Assembly (NCBI GenBank): GCA_964016885.1
Contig: OZ024742.1
Span: 46,686,001-46,750,000, forward strand
DNA from: Eledone cirrhosa
Lineage: Eukaryota
Direction: 5' to 3'
DNA length: 64,000 nt
The notes under the pieces were generated by a model, which was not told where the DNA came from, ran no database searches, and saw only the letters and a program-made list of their open reading frames with translations. This document shows, piece by piece, positions 38,608-52,069 of this stretch; the first letter of the stretch is position 1; each line of letters begins with the position of its first letter. The translations under genes and the position numbers were made by a program.

Positions 38608-40299
38608 TTTATTTTTTTCTTTCTCCTCGTGCAATGGCCATACTCGATAACGAGGGGGCAGCCGTCATCATGTATGTATGTATGTATGTATGTATGTATG
38701 TATGTATCTGCACAACAAGTTAAAATATACTATAAAATACATGTTCATCAGTTACCAATGTTAGTTCTGCATAATATGTAGAGTAATATGTACTAAATAT
38801 TAGCCATTATATTTCCATATTTTGTTCATATATGTAAATATTATCAAATGTAGTTTATTTATGTTATTAAAGTGAATAAATCCGATAAAATGTATATTTC
38901 TTCATACATAAAAATGTTCGATGAATGTATTGGCAAATGGATGATGGTAGCATATTGGTAGAATATTATAAAATATATATAAAATATATATAATAGCATT
39001 TTGAATATATCAAAGCTATTACATCTATTATGTAAAATAATGAAAATTTGCTTAACATATTTAATATCTCCTTCGAGTTTACAGTTATTGGTGAAGTTTA
39101 CTGTCATTTGTATCACGAAAGAATAATGTGCCACTGAATGTGACAGAAGAACGTAATTCTGAATAGTTCACGCTGTCAAGCTTTAAAACGAGTACGGTAA
39201 TTTAGCATGGGTAAATGTGTCTAAAGAGCAACGAAGACTGAGTGGGCCCCCATTTGCTCATATGAGAGATGGAGAGAGCAGGAGAGACGGAAGCAGTGAC
39301 AGTGAGAGTTTGGTTCTTTTGTGTTCGGACTTGGTGTATATATGGGAGAGAATGAGTATTTGGTAGTATCTACATTTTTTCACTGTATGTCTAGTTTACT
39401 ATGGTGGTGATTAACGAAAAATCAGTGGTTGTAGTTTATTTTTTATGCCATATCTGAAGAACAAAAACATTTCATCAGATTTAATTGACTAGAGAATAAA
39501 CAAAAAACATTTACGACAACGTTTGACAAGGTGGTGGATTGGCAGAATCGGGAGATCGTCAGATAAAATTCGATTGCGGTATTTGTTCTGGCATTATATA
39601 TTCCGGGCTTAAATCCCGGCGAAGTCAACTTGCTTGACATACTTCAGGAGTCGACAAAATAAATTTTTAGCCAAATTCAGTGATAGATTTAATCGACTTA
39701 CCCCAAATTAGTGGCCCTGTACTTAAAGTAGAAATCCTTAATAAGATAGCTTGTGTTAATCCTAATTTTATCTTGAAACTTGACATAACACACGTGCCTA
39801 AGTTAGCTACTCTACAGTTAGCTACTCTACAGTAGCTGCAAACAATATATAATTTCTTTGCACCCGCTGTATGTATTATGTATTATATTATATTCACATA
39901 AAATAATTCTTATCTGGAAATAAAGAAAAACTAGAACGTAAAGAGGCAGAACAAATATGAAATATTTTGTGTGACAATCTTACGTTTCTGCTAATAAGGA
40001 GGGTGTGGCCTGGCGTGAATAGAGCAATGTTATAAAATAAGGCAGCAACAGTTGGACTGGAAAACATTTAAATGTAAATAGAGGAAAACTGAGTAATAAA
40101 ATATAGAAATATGCCCACCGCCTTAAAAAACAGAACTTTCCTCTATAAACAAGCAAACTAAGCAAAAAAAAACAACAAAAAAACACACGGGGGGGGGGGG
40201 GGCTAAATGAACAAAACAGAACACGGAAACGGAATTACACAATACTAATAGAGAGAAATGAATCACTCCATAGCCAAACGACAGAAGACTCGACAAAGA

Positions 40300-40425
40300 A
40301 GAGGTAAACCAGAGTGGAAGTCAACAAAGGCTGAAACACTCGGGGCTAAAAGCAGGCGAGGAAGGATTTATTGTAGCTGCTCAAGAACATTATCTAGCCA
40401 CAAACAATTACGAGTATAAAGTAAT
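40300..40425 (+). pseudogene. R4/Dong ORF relic
   Basis: KSQQRLKHSGLKAGEEGFIVAAQEHYLATNNY aligns with WLASSGLKSETEGLIISAQDQCLPTKNY of ORF 54609-56258. Confidence 0.7.
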
Positions 40426-40961
40426 TCTTTCCAAAATTTGCATAAGGCCATCACGCTGGAGGAAAGGAAATGTCGAATATTTCGACCTCAGTACTTAACA
40501 GGTACTTTATTTTATCGACACCGAAAGAACGCAGACATAACATTAAAACAGACTATGTAATTAACACAATGAAATGGTTGACCACATCATTCCCGGTTGC
40601 TCATTTCTTACTAAGCAGAATATATATAAAGACATGTACGAGCTTGAAGCTAAATCCCCTGAGAAATGTGCCAAAAAATCTATGTTAAAAACGGACAACA
40701 AAATATAACATTGCTAAGAAGGACCCAACTTTTGCACTAAGCGTTATCGATTTAATTACACAATTCAAACTGTTCAACTAAGATAATTATTCTCTTTCTG
40801 AAAAACTATAAGAAAATTGTGAGGAGAAAGCAGTGGCTGTGTCAAGAGAGGGACAATAGTAAGATAGAATGTATTATATAGTGAGTTGTATCAGCTAGAT
40901 AAACAGGAGAGTTAGAAAGAGGAGTGAGAGCGAGAGTGAGAGAGAGAATGAGAGATAGAGT

Positions 40962-41037
<76 letters not shown>

Positions 41038-44000
41038 CGGAGAGAGATATAGATAGCCAATAGTGAAACTACAAATGAAAAAGGCAGTTTGTTGAGCAGA
41101 CAAAATAAACACAAGAAGATAATGGAATAAAACTTAAAGCAGAAACAAGAACTAGCGAAATGTAGCAGAAATAAAAAAAGAAACACCATTTTTACGAGTA
41201 TTTTGCTAGTATATTAAATAATGGATGATTAAATGCGTTGTAAGTTTGATTTGTCATAGTTTATCTCTCGACATAGAACCGATAAATTCCTACAACAATA
41301 TATTTCTCTACCATTAGCTGTTAACTTACACGTTAAAAGGGAACAATAAATATATAAGCGAGCGAGTCCTATGATGGTTTCTTTTCACGAAGCGACAACA
41401 AACCTGATGCATTTCCTGTTTCCGGCACTGGTCCGATGCATTTTTACTAACATTATGCAATGAGATAATGTAGTATATTTTCCTTGTTTGTTAATGTAGT
41501 ATATTTTCCTTGTGTGTATTAAACATCTCAAAGTTTTTAACCTTTAACAATGGTTTAGTTTATTGTTCTTTTACGATTGAGAAGTATTGTCTGTTAATAG
41601 CAATTCCCCTATAAAGAACTCTTTCAGCGTAGCAAAATGTTTCAAATTTATTGTCCCTCCACTATCTATCATACATACACTTACATTGGCTGCTTTTCTT
41701 TCAAACGAATGACACATTCGCCAACCAATCATAAGTAGTTTGTATTGCTGGCTGCTTTTGCTGTTTTGCATCACATTTTAAATAATTTATAACTGTGAAT
41801 GGCTTTCCTTTGTATACTCATAGAATTTTAAAATTGCGTGCCAGTGGAAACTAACTTGATCTGACATTCATGTTTGTTATAGCTAGGCTGAGAAGAGTAA
41901 ATCTCATGAGAAGGTGGGGGATTGGCAGACTCGTTATGTTGTCTCGGCTCTTTACTTTCTGAGTTCAAATCCCTCTGAGATTTGTTTGCCCTTCATTCTT
42001 CAGGGATCGATAAATTATCAGCTGTTCAGTTATGGCAGTTACTGGAACGAAATCTTTACAGGCACCACATCCAATATATTGTACTAAATAAATAATAGTT
42101 GGCATTAGAACACAATATTTATTTCTCAGATGAAAAATATTCTTACATTTAAGTTTGCACTTTTCGAACTGAAGTTCGAAACTTGTTCCTGAAAATTTTA
42201 ATTTTAACTAATACTTTACTGAAGGAATACATAACAATCATTATGTGAACATATTAACCATATTATATCCTTTAGCAATTTACGTGTAGGCACATTCATC
42301 ATCATCATCATCCAGGTCATCTTCTACGACATTGATGTCATTGCCTTTGTCGTTGTCATGATCCTCTCCTCGTCGTCATGAACATCATCTTATTGTATTC
42401 TTTCTTATTCGATATTTCTCTATATTCTTCAAGACCCAACACTGTTTCTCATGAAATTTCCTTTAAAGGCCATCATCTACGATGGGCCCTCATGTAAAAA
42501 TAATCATGCACTTCTTCCCAGTTTTTTCTCAAACACACGCACACATAGAGGCACGTGCACACACACATACACACGTACACACACACATACACACTAACAC
42601 ATATTTAAGTAGTATAGCAAAGCTTTGTGAGATAGAGCTAAATCTATAAAAATTATTTCATGAAGCCAACACAATGAAAATTGAAAATAAAGAACTGAAA
42701 ATGGAGGAAAATTAAACAAAATAGAATCGTCGTTTTAGCTATATTTCAATATTTCGGTGTCTATCCAGAGCAAATATAAGATGATTATACGCTAGTATCT
42801 TTTGTGCAGATATATAGAGATGAGGGAGGTTGCTACAATATCCAATTAGCTTCCTGCAGCATATGTCTTTTGTTAATAGATGGAATTAATATATTAATGA
42901 AGATGGGTTATTAGTCTTCCAGTGTTCAGTAGATTTGACAGTTAATATAATAAAAGCAATAAAATGAATTATATGGAGATAATCTTCAACTCAGAGATGC
43001 AGTTTGCGAATGATACTTCAGAAGTATGCTCTACCACATGTATTGCAAACGATGTGGTATATTGCTATTCTTATAGTTTTACATTTCATTTATTTCTTCT
43101 CAAACCTTCGCTAAACAAAATATTCACCTACTCCTATGCAAAATTATTTTATTACAAAACTTCTAAGAAATGCCATCAGTTTCAGAACTGTAGAAACACC
43201 TCACAAAGTAGATAGCAATGTCAAATGTATGACCTCTGCACCTATACACCGGTGTGACATAACGCTCTGCCCCAAGCATGATATTAACATTCAGATGTTT
43301 TCATTCATAAAAGTTTCCTAGTTTGAAGCATTATCTAAAATGATGCTTCTAGTGACAAGAAAGAAAAAAACATTTTTGACGAAAATAGGTTTTATAATTA
43401 TTTAGGAAAATAAAGTACAGGTTATTTTGTATTTTGCTTAATCGATTAGAATGTTTTTGGTTTCTTCATAAAACTATTCCGTTCATACGAAATAAGACAA
43501 TTTAAAGTTTTAGAAAGTATATAGCGTAAATCATTACGCCGTACAAATAACTTCATCATAGATTAATTAAAAATAAAACTTCAATATTTTGAAGTTAAAA
43601 GTTAACTAAGAAGTATTAATTCACTTTATGAAAAAAATGAATATATTTAAAGAAGCAAAAGAGTATATTAATTGAGAAGCATATTGACTCATAAGACTGA
43701 TTTAAAAACATTTTACAGATGGCTGTACTCAATTTCTTAAAATGAAAAAGAAAGGCGCAAATTAATTGCATTATACTTTTTGTACATGCTCGCAGTAATG
43801 AAACCAGTAATGTATACATACTAACACCTATACAAACACTTTCTAACAGACAACATTCTTTGTTATCTGCCTTATTCAGAAAACTATTATTTATACAAAC
43901 ATGCACACTGATTAATCGTGTACATATATGCATAATGCATAATACATACATATATTCATACATACATACATAGATACAAACATACACACACATACATACA

Positions 44001-46800
44001 TACTTACATACAAACATACATACACACACACACATACATACATACACATATACACATACAGTTATATTCAAAAGTACGTATGAAAGGAAACAACGATGTA
44101 AAAGGCGTTCTCTTTTAATTAGCAATGGCTATCAAATTTGAAGCATAATGTATAAGAAAACAATAAAATTTTATATTATTAACAAAATAAGATTATTAAT
44201 TTTGAAATTGATTTTTTTTTCTCTTTCGCTCATATTGAAAGTTTCCTTTCCTTTTGTACGAATTGCAAATTATCTCGTTTCAAATTTTATACAGAGTTGG
44301 ATTTGAAGTAGATTAGTTTGGAAATAATCTTGTTTCAATAAATACTTTGGAAGGAAAAGACAAGTAAATAACAAAATAACAAAACATCTTTTATAGGACG
44401 ACGCAGTGGTATATTAAAATTTCAGGCTTCATATCCCTCCACTGGAATGTAACATGAAAAAATAAACCAGTAGCTTCTTTATATTAGATAATATTTAATG
44501 TTAAATTCAAATACATTTTATGATGAGGAAGGACAAACATCCTAAATTGAAGGAGCAATAATCACTGAAAGTCTAGTTTGAATTCCAATTTCGTGGGCGT
44601 ATTTAAGAGACGAAAACAAATAAACAAACGATGTCTATAAGTTAATACCTATATGCTGTCAAATGGCTTTAATTTACTATTCATTCATGGAAGCAAAGAA
44701 ATGTCTCCACTATGGCAACAAATACAACTTTACTCAGTAATCTAAGGCAGACGTTGTTGATTAAAACTTTGTTTGATCACAGAAAATCAGGCACTGCAGA
44801 CTGGTGGCACCATATATGGCCAGCCATATGGAACTATATTTTTTAATCGTTTTGTTTTCTTTTTTAGAACAGAATTTGAGTCTGTTTAGATGTTTCAATT
44901 CTGTTTTAACATCTCATTTCTTCTTTCGTACGGAAGTAATATTTACGTCGTCTGGAATATAATCTAGCCTTCTGCGTCTGGTAAAAATAACTGCGTCAAA
45001 ATGGCTATTGTATCTAAATAACTGAATATTTGGCATAGCTGTTCTGAGAATTAAATATTTGGTTTGGTAGTTAGACCTCACTCTGTTCACTCTAAAATTG
45101 ACTTAAATAGGTAATAGCATATTAGACCTTCTGTTCAAAATATCTGAGTTAATATCGATTATTGAATCAATGAATTACATGAACACATTTTATCTCTGCA
45201 TGAATGTACCATCGAAGGTGTCTACAGTTTCCTAAGGGAAATATGATTATGTATTGGTTTGATATAATCCCTATAGGGTAGTTTCACAGAATACACACAA
45301 TTACTTTAATGGGCTAATATTTAGTGGCTAATTTATTACAAGAAATAGACAGGCAAGTAGTTTTAGTAATAATGCTTAGTAGAAGAGAGCACTAGTTCGT
45401 TCAGAATACCGTGTTTGGTGGGTAGAATTAGGAGAATAAATCAATAGTATTAACTTTGTTTATCATTTATGCATTCAATGTGTTGTGTGATTCGCCATAT
45501 AAATTCTGATAATGTCTCCATGTGATGATGAAGTGTAAATTAGTTTTACCGTCTTTTATTATCTATTTGTACTATAGTGAATTTAGCACGTTGCAGTTAT
45601 CAAGTTGAATTGCTTTCAAATTCGTTTTTACGGTGTTGTAATCATTAGTAGAGACATTAGTTACGGTCAATTTCCAATTTACTATACGACGTCCGTGATT
45701 TGCTTTGTTTTGATCACTTTCCAAAACGGAATTGAATGCAAATTGGTTCTGTTTGTTATCTGTCAGGTTTGTTACAAACTTTCTACGTGTTGGTCCAATA
45801 CATTGTGACAGCCCAGTGTGCTTGTATGACTAATACATTTCTGAATGACTGGTGACAACGGCAAAAATCTTTATACACTTAGTAGGATCTCATGATATCT
45901 AGAGAGCAAAATGTGTAAAATATTGATGTAATTAGTACAGTCAGGTTTTAGAAATAATTATTCCTCTATTTTTCCTAATCAATTATGTTACCATACAAAT
46001 ATTCCAAGACGTTTTGAAATATAGAGGGCGTAAGATACATTTTTGCACACACACACAGTGCGACAATTGGGAAGGCATCTCTATCTCCCACAACAATATC
46101 ATATCCATGGAGGTTTCAAAAGCGAGATTTGTCATGAAAAAAATGTCTCTATTACTGATTGAGACGTTAAGCTCTTTATTTAATGACCTCTTTATTTTGA
46201 AATTTCCTCATTACTTTAGTGTTTATATACACTACTGTTGTTTAGTTTCGCTGTCCAAAGAAAGGGTGCTTACAGTATTTATTCTGGCTCCTAGTGTTGA
46301 ATATATAAAGTCAGTACTACGATTAGTTGGATAGCATATCAAGTAAAATATTTACAATTTATACAAAAAGGCTCTCAACTATGAAATATGGCAACAATAT
46401 TGAAACAAAGATAAGGTCAGCTATGCTTTTCAGCCTTCTGGGCTGAATAAATAAATATCTATTTGGGGTGATAATCTGCTGAAATCGGTAGAACTCCAGA
46501 GAGAAGGAATGTCTTGTGGTATTTCTTCTAGCTTTTTGTATTTTAAGTTCAAATCCCTGCGTAGTTTACTTCTGTGATAGCCTTACAACACCTGGTCAGC
46601 ATTCGAGCTTGGTGTTCGATTTAAGAAGCAGTCATATGGAAAATGGAACGTAATAGAAAATTGCGTATGGAAGTGACAAACATATCCAGTTTTTGTTTCA
46701 AATATGAGAAATTAATTCTGAACTTATTGTAGCAACCTGACTATAATATGAAAGGTATTGTGTGTATGTACGGGAATGTTTGAGTGCGTATATTTTATAA

Positions 46801-46839
<39 letters not shown>

Positions 46840-47134
46840 CTACTGAACGTCTGTATACATATATGTATGTAGTAGTATGTATATATATATATATATACAT
46901 GCGCACATATATATATGTAAGTATGGATTCACCGAACATTTATTATAATGCTCGGTGTGTTTGTAAACAAACATCCCGTATTAAGCCGTAGTGTCTAACA
47001 ACCATCCTTGCTCATTTGTTCAACACTGACAAAAGAACGCTGTACTAGTTTCAAGCTTATTAGCTATCGTTAGCAACGTATACCATCCTGCCAGATTGTT
47101 GAACGTATATACTTACCTTATGCATATTAACGGC

Positions 47135-48338
47135 TGAGTAGCTCAATTTACCCCTCTTCATCACAAGGACTCCACACTTACTAATACCAAATTGCATACA
47201 TATATCACTGCTGAAAATACGGACAGTGTCAACAAGCACATCCAACTCCTCACTCTTCCCGAAGAGCTTAAGATCGTCCACGAAGAGGAGGTGATTGATG
47301 GTAGGCTCTCCCTTTCCCAACTTGTATCCTGCTCTCACGTTTTGCAGTATAATGGTCAGGGGCATCAGGGCAAGGACAACAGAGGGGACAGGCTATCTCC
47401 CTGGAAGATACCTCTCTTGATCTTCACGCCTCCCAAGGATTCTCCAGCTGATGTTAACTCTGTTTTCCAGGACTTCATACTTTTGCCCAACAACTGTCTG
47501 ATCTTATCTGCCACCCTGAAGATCTCTAGGCTTTTGGTGATCCAAGAATGAGGCACCATGTCAAATGCCTTTTTGTAGTCTATTCATCCCATGGCAAGAC
47601 CAGTGTGTCTCCTCTTGAAATTCATCATTACCATCTTATCAATAAGTAACTGGTCCTTTGTACCACGGGACCTCTTTCGGCATCCTTTCTGTTCGTCCTG
47701 TAACAGGTTGTTTGTGTGGAGGTGATGGTAGATTTCCTCAGACGCAATGCTTGTCAACAGTTTCCACATTACGGACAGACATGTGATAGGTCTATAGTTG
47801 GTAACATCATTACTCTTGATTCGGTCTTTCATTACCAGAACTGTGGTACCTTTTGTCAACCACTCTGGTACCTCACGTGACATCAAGCAGTCATTGAACA
47901 TTGTTGTCAGTTTCGAGTGGAGGGATGTTACATGTTTAATCCAATACCCCTGCAGACCATCTGGGCCTGGTGATTTCCAGTTGGTTAGTTTTTTGGCCTG
48001 CCCCTTGAGAGTTTCAACTGTGATACTCAAATCAGTTTGTTGGTGTGCCTGTTCACTAATCCCCTTTTGTACTGTCTGAATCCACACTGCCTGGTCATTA
48101 TGTTTAACATCCTGCTCCCATATTCCTCTCCAGAATGTCTTAGTTTGTTCCGCCTCAGGGATCCAGTCGTTGCCTCTTTCTTTCCATTCAAGCTGTCCAA
48201 ACAACATCTTCTGGTTGTTGTCAAACATGCGGTTTTGTCTATACTGACTGATTCTGCTCTCGTATCGCCTAATTTTTGCACTCTTTGCTACAATGCGTTG
48301 CTTCAGTTCCTCTATGATAATATTTAGCCTTTTCCTCC

Positions 48339-48340
<2 letters not shown>
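47135..48340 (-). mobile_element. R4/Dong-type LINE RT fragment
   Basis: WKSPGPDGLQGYWIK, NYRPITCL, EQKGC, GIFQGDSLSPLL, INHLLFVDDLKLF. Confidence 0.9.
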
Positions 48341-48399
<59 letters not shown>

Positions 48400-48642
48400 T
48401 TTTCTTTATTAACCACAAGGGTTTACATAAAGTAGACATTAAGGACAGTACAGGACAATACAGGACGGTACAAATGAGCATTTCTGCGTGTAAAAAAACA
48501 GAGGTTGAAATAAAATAACAAAGAAAAATTCCCCAATAGGGGGGAGACTTCCAAGGGACATTTGTGGAGAAAGCCCATTAAAAGACCACAGTGGCCCTGA
48601 CCACCAGGGCAAGTGCCCTCTCCCAGTTTTTCCACCTTTAAT

Positions 48643-51600
48643 TTACAGACACATACTCAGAGAAGGCCCATTCATTCGGGCCATACTTGCTTCTCTCACC
48701 CATCTTTCAACAAAATGCTGGGAAGAGAGCACTTCCCTCTCTACCCTGATTTTCCTTTTCAAATAAAATTTGAAAAAGTTAATCAGGACATCACCGAAGA
48801 TGTAAGTGCTCGTCTTCAGCCCTTTCAAACGTGTCCACCATACTATCTCTTTCGCCATGGCCACCAGACAGATAAAAACTGCCTGCCCTTCCAGGCTAAA
48901 GGAAGGGGGCGGGGCAATCCTCACGATGGACTCAGCTGATAGCTGGATCCGTCCTACACGTGACAGCAGGTGTTCGACATAAACCCACAAGTCAGCAATG
49001 CTCGGACACTGCACGAGTGCGTGCAGGACGGTTTCGTCGCCCTGCGCGCATCTCGGACATGCCCGGGGGACGGCACCTCCATGCCTGTAGAGTTCATCCC
49101 GAACTGGCAAAGCTCCTCGGTAGCACTGCCAGGCCAGGGATTTCTGGAAGTTGTCCATAGGCCCCGGCCCGAAAGTCCTTCCGAAGAGATTGGCTAGTTG
49201 ATTTTCGTCGACGCCTAGAGTTTCTCCAAGTACGTCGTCGCTCTTCCCCTCCACTAATCCCCTATAGAACGCCAAGGTGGAGTTTCCACCGATCACATTG
49301 CCCGATTGGTCGAGGGCTGTGAGCGCCTGAAGACATTCCAGTCTCCAAGCGCTCCTTCTCGGTCTTCGCTTGACCCAGGACTGCAGCTCCGTCAAGGAGA
49401 CGAGCTGGGGAAAAACGTGTCTTGCAAACGGCGACCACACCTGATCACCGTCGAGGAAGAGGTGGAGATGTCGTAGCCTGAGCGCGTGTCTGCGAATCAT
49501 CAGCCACGGCATGCCCAGCCCTCCACGTAGCGGGTGTTGACAGCAGATGGACCGCCTGACCATCGGAGCGCGTCCCTTCCACAAGAAGCGAAAGAGCAAA
49601 CGCTCCAGCGCAGTCAGGCGGGGCTTAGGACAAGGTACGACGGTCAGGCGGTAGTAGATGACGGATGCGATGTACGCATTCGCCACCTCCGCTCGACCTT
49701 TCAGGGATAGCTTCCTCTCGGCCCATTTCTGGGTGAGAGAAGCCACACTGCTCGTCACCTCGTCCCAGTTTTTGTCCGTCTGGAGGTCTGGACCGAACCA
49801 GACCCCTAGCAATTTAACCGGTCCGTCCGTCCAGCGCCCGACGACGCTGTTGGACGGCATGGACCTGCCTCTCCGGGTGCCGAGCTGCAGGCCCACTGAC
49901 TTTTCCTGGCTGATCATTGCTCCTGTCACCGCTTCGTATTCTCTTAGTGTAGTGCCGATCGCCTCGATGTGTTTGGCGTTCGACACCACTACGGTGACAT
50001 TGTCGGCATATGCTGACACGGATCTTCCGCATCCTAGTTCGCGCGGGACCCCCCTCAACGTCTCCAGTTTGTGCAGTAATGGCTCGAGAGTCAATACGTA
50101 CAATAGGGACGAGAGGGGACATCCTTGGTGGACAGAGCGCATGATGTTGAACGGTTCCGAAAGGTGACCGTTCACTCTCACTACAGAGCAGATGTCGCTG
50201 TGCATGGCAGCGCCCTCAGGACTGCCGTTAGGTAACGATGGTCGACCCTATCGAAGGCTTTCGACTGATCTAAATTGATCAAAGACCCACCCGTGCCAGG
50301 TTCCCTAGCTACCCTCTCTACGATGTATCGCATGAGGTGGAGGTTGTCGTGGATGGATCTGTCGGGAATGGTGCATGTCTGTGCCTCTCCCACCAGACCA
50401 CCAACGACAAGCGCCAACCTCTTTGCTAGCACCTTGGCCAAAATCCTGAACTCTGTGTTTAGCAGAGTTATGGGCCTAAAATTATCTATGTTATCCCCCT
50501 TGTTCGGATCCTTTCTCAGCAACGCCACCGCTCCTCGGCTCACAGAGCTGGGAATTCTCCCGTTCTGTTGCCAGTTGCAGTAGACGTCCGCCAAGAGGCC
50601 TCCGAACAAGTTTGGCATTTGTACGTAAAATTCATACGGCAGACCATCCAAACCAGGCGATTTACCCCTTGTGCAACTAGTCATTGCATCCCGTACTTCA
50701 GCGGTTGTTATCGGCTTTTCGCAACACTCCGCCTCAGTGGCCGAAAGCCGCGGCAGTCCGTCGAGGTAGACACTAAAGTCCATCCCTCGATCCGGCCCGC
50801 CACTGCCCCCGAACAGTTGAGCGAAGTGTCGCTGAAAAGCTTCACACATTTGCCCGGGATCGAGTAGCATGCGCCCGTCGTGGTCCACCAAAGACCGGAT
50901 CGTGGCTTTGTTGCCACGACGCGCCTCCGCCACTCGGGCCCATTGAACGGCTTTCGTCCCCTCGTGTCTGAGAGCACGCACCCTAGCTCTGACAACGCAG
51001 CCTTCGTGCTTTGCATTGAAGAATTGGTCAAGGGCCAATTTCGCCGCAAGTACGTCGGTCGCGATGCCTTTGCTAAGCGCCTCATCTAATTTTCTAACTA
51101 ATTCTCCCTCTGCTCTATTTTTCTCTATTGCTAAAGTCTTACTAAACCTAATGGACTCTATTCTAATTGCTCTTTTCAGAGCAAACCACCACTTGTTGTT
51201 GACGATGGCCCCCGTCAACGCCCCGTCAACGCTTAACTAGTTCGCTAATCCGGTCTCTGTCGGCCTTGCGCGCTGGTAAGGACGCGTTTAGCTTCCAGTA
51301 GCCGGGTCCTCGTCTATGAAGCCTATCTAAGTCAAACACACAGATCTCGAATTTGTGGTCCGTGTAGCTGACTATCTTGAATTGTGGACAGCCTATGCTA
51401 GACCTATCTATTTCCCTACAAAATACTCTATCTAGATATGATCTGGATGACCCTATGCGATTTGTCCAAGTCCACATTGGTACATTCTGGAAATCCATTC
51501 GGTACCTGTCAGACAGTTCAAAACGTCTGAGCAGGTTGGTGAGACTCTTGCACCCTCCTTCCCTATCCACTAATCCCACACAATCCCAGCGTGCATCTAA

Positions 51601-52035
51601 GATCCCGTTCCAGTCGCCCACTTACACTAAAGAGCGGGACGTTCCAAGAAAGGTCTCCAGACGCCGGAAGAAATCAGGCCGCCCTGCTCCTGTCGGGGCA
51701 TAAACGGCAACTAACCTGAAAGCTTGGCCTTCTCCGCTGGTCACGTCCAGCACCACCAACTTACCTTCTGGGTCCAGGAAGATGGCCCGTATGGCAAGAT
51801 CCAAACCTCTCCGAAAGAGCACAGCAACTCCTCCCCCCGATCCCGGACGGCTGGGAGATGCGTACACATCGTAGCCGCCGAAGATCGGTGCGAAAGCCTG
51901 TGCTTCGGAGATTCTGGTCTCGCTGATGGCCACTACATCTATGTTTAGTGACCTGAGGTCGTTGAGGAGGTGGCCCTGCTTCCATGACGACCCCAAGCCA
52001 CGCGCATTTATGCTGCCTATTCTGAGTGAGGTCAT
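48643..52035 (-). pseudogene. Tx1 ORF2 (APE endonuclease + RT + CCHC), frameshifted
   Basis: SINARGL, GDWN, YLDR, TDH; KSPGLDGL, QGCPLS, YADN; CPRC..ETVLHALVQC. Confidence 0.92.
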
Positions 52036-52069
52036 GTTGAAAAGGAGTGGAAAAGATGGGAAAAACCAC

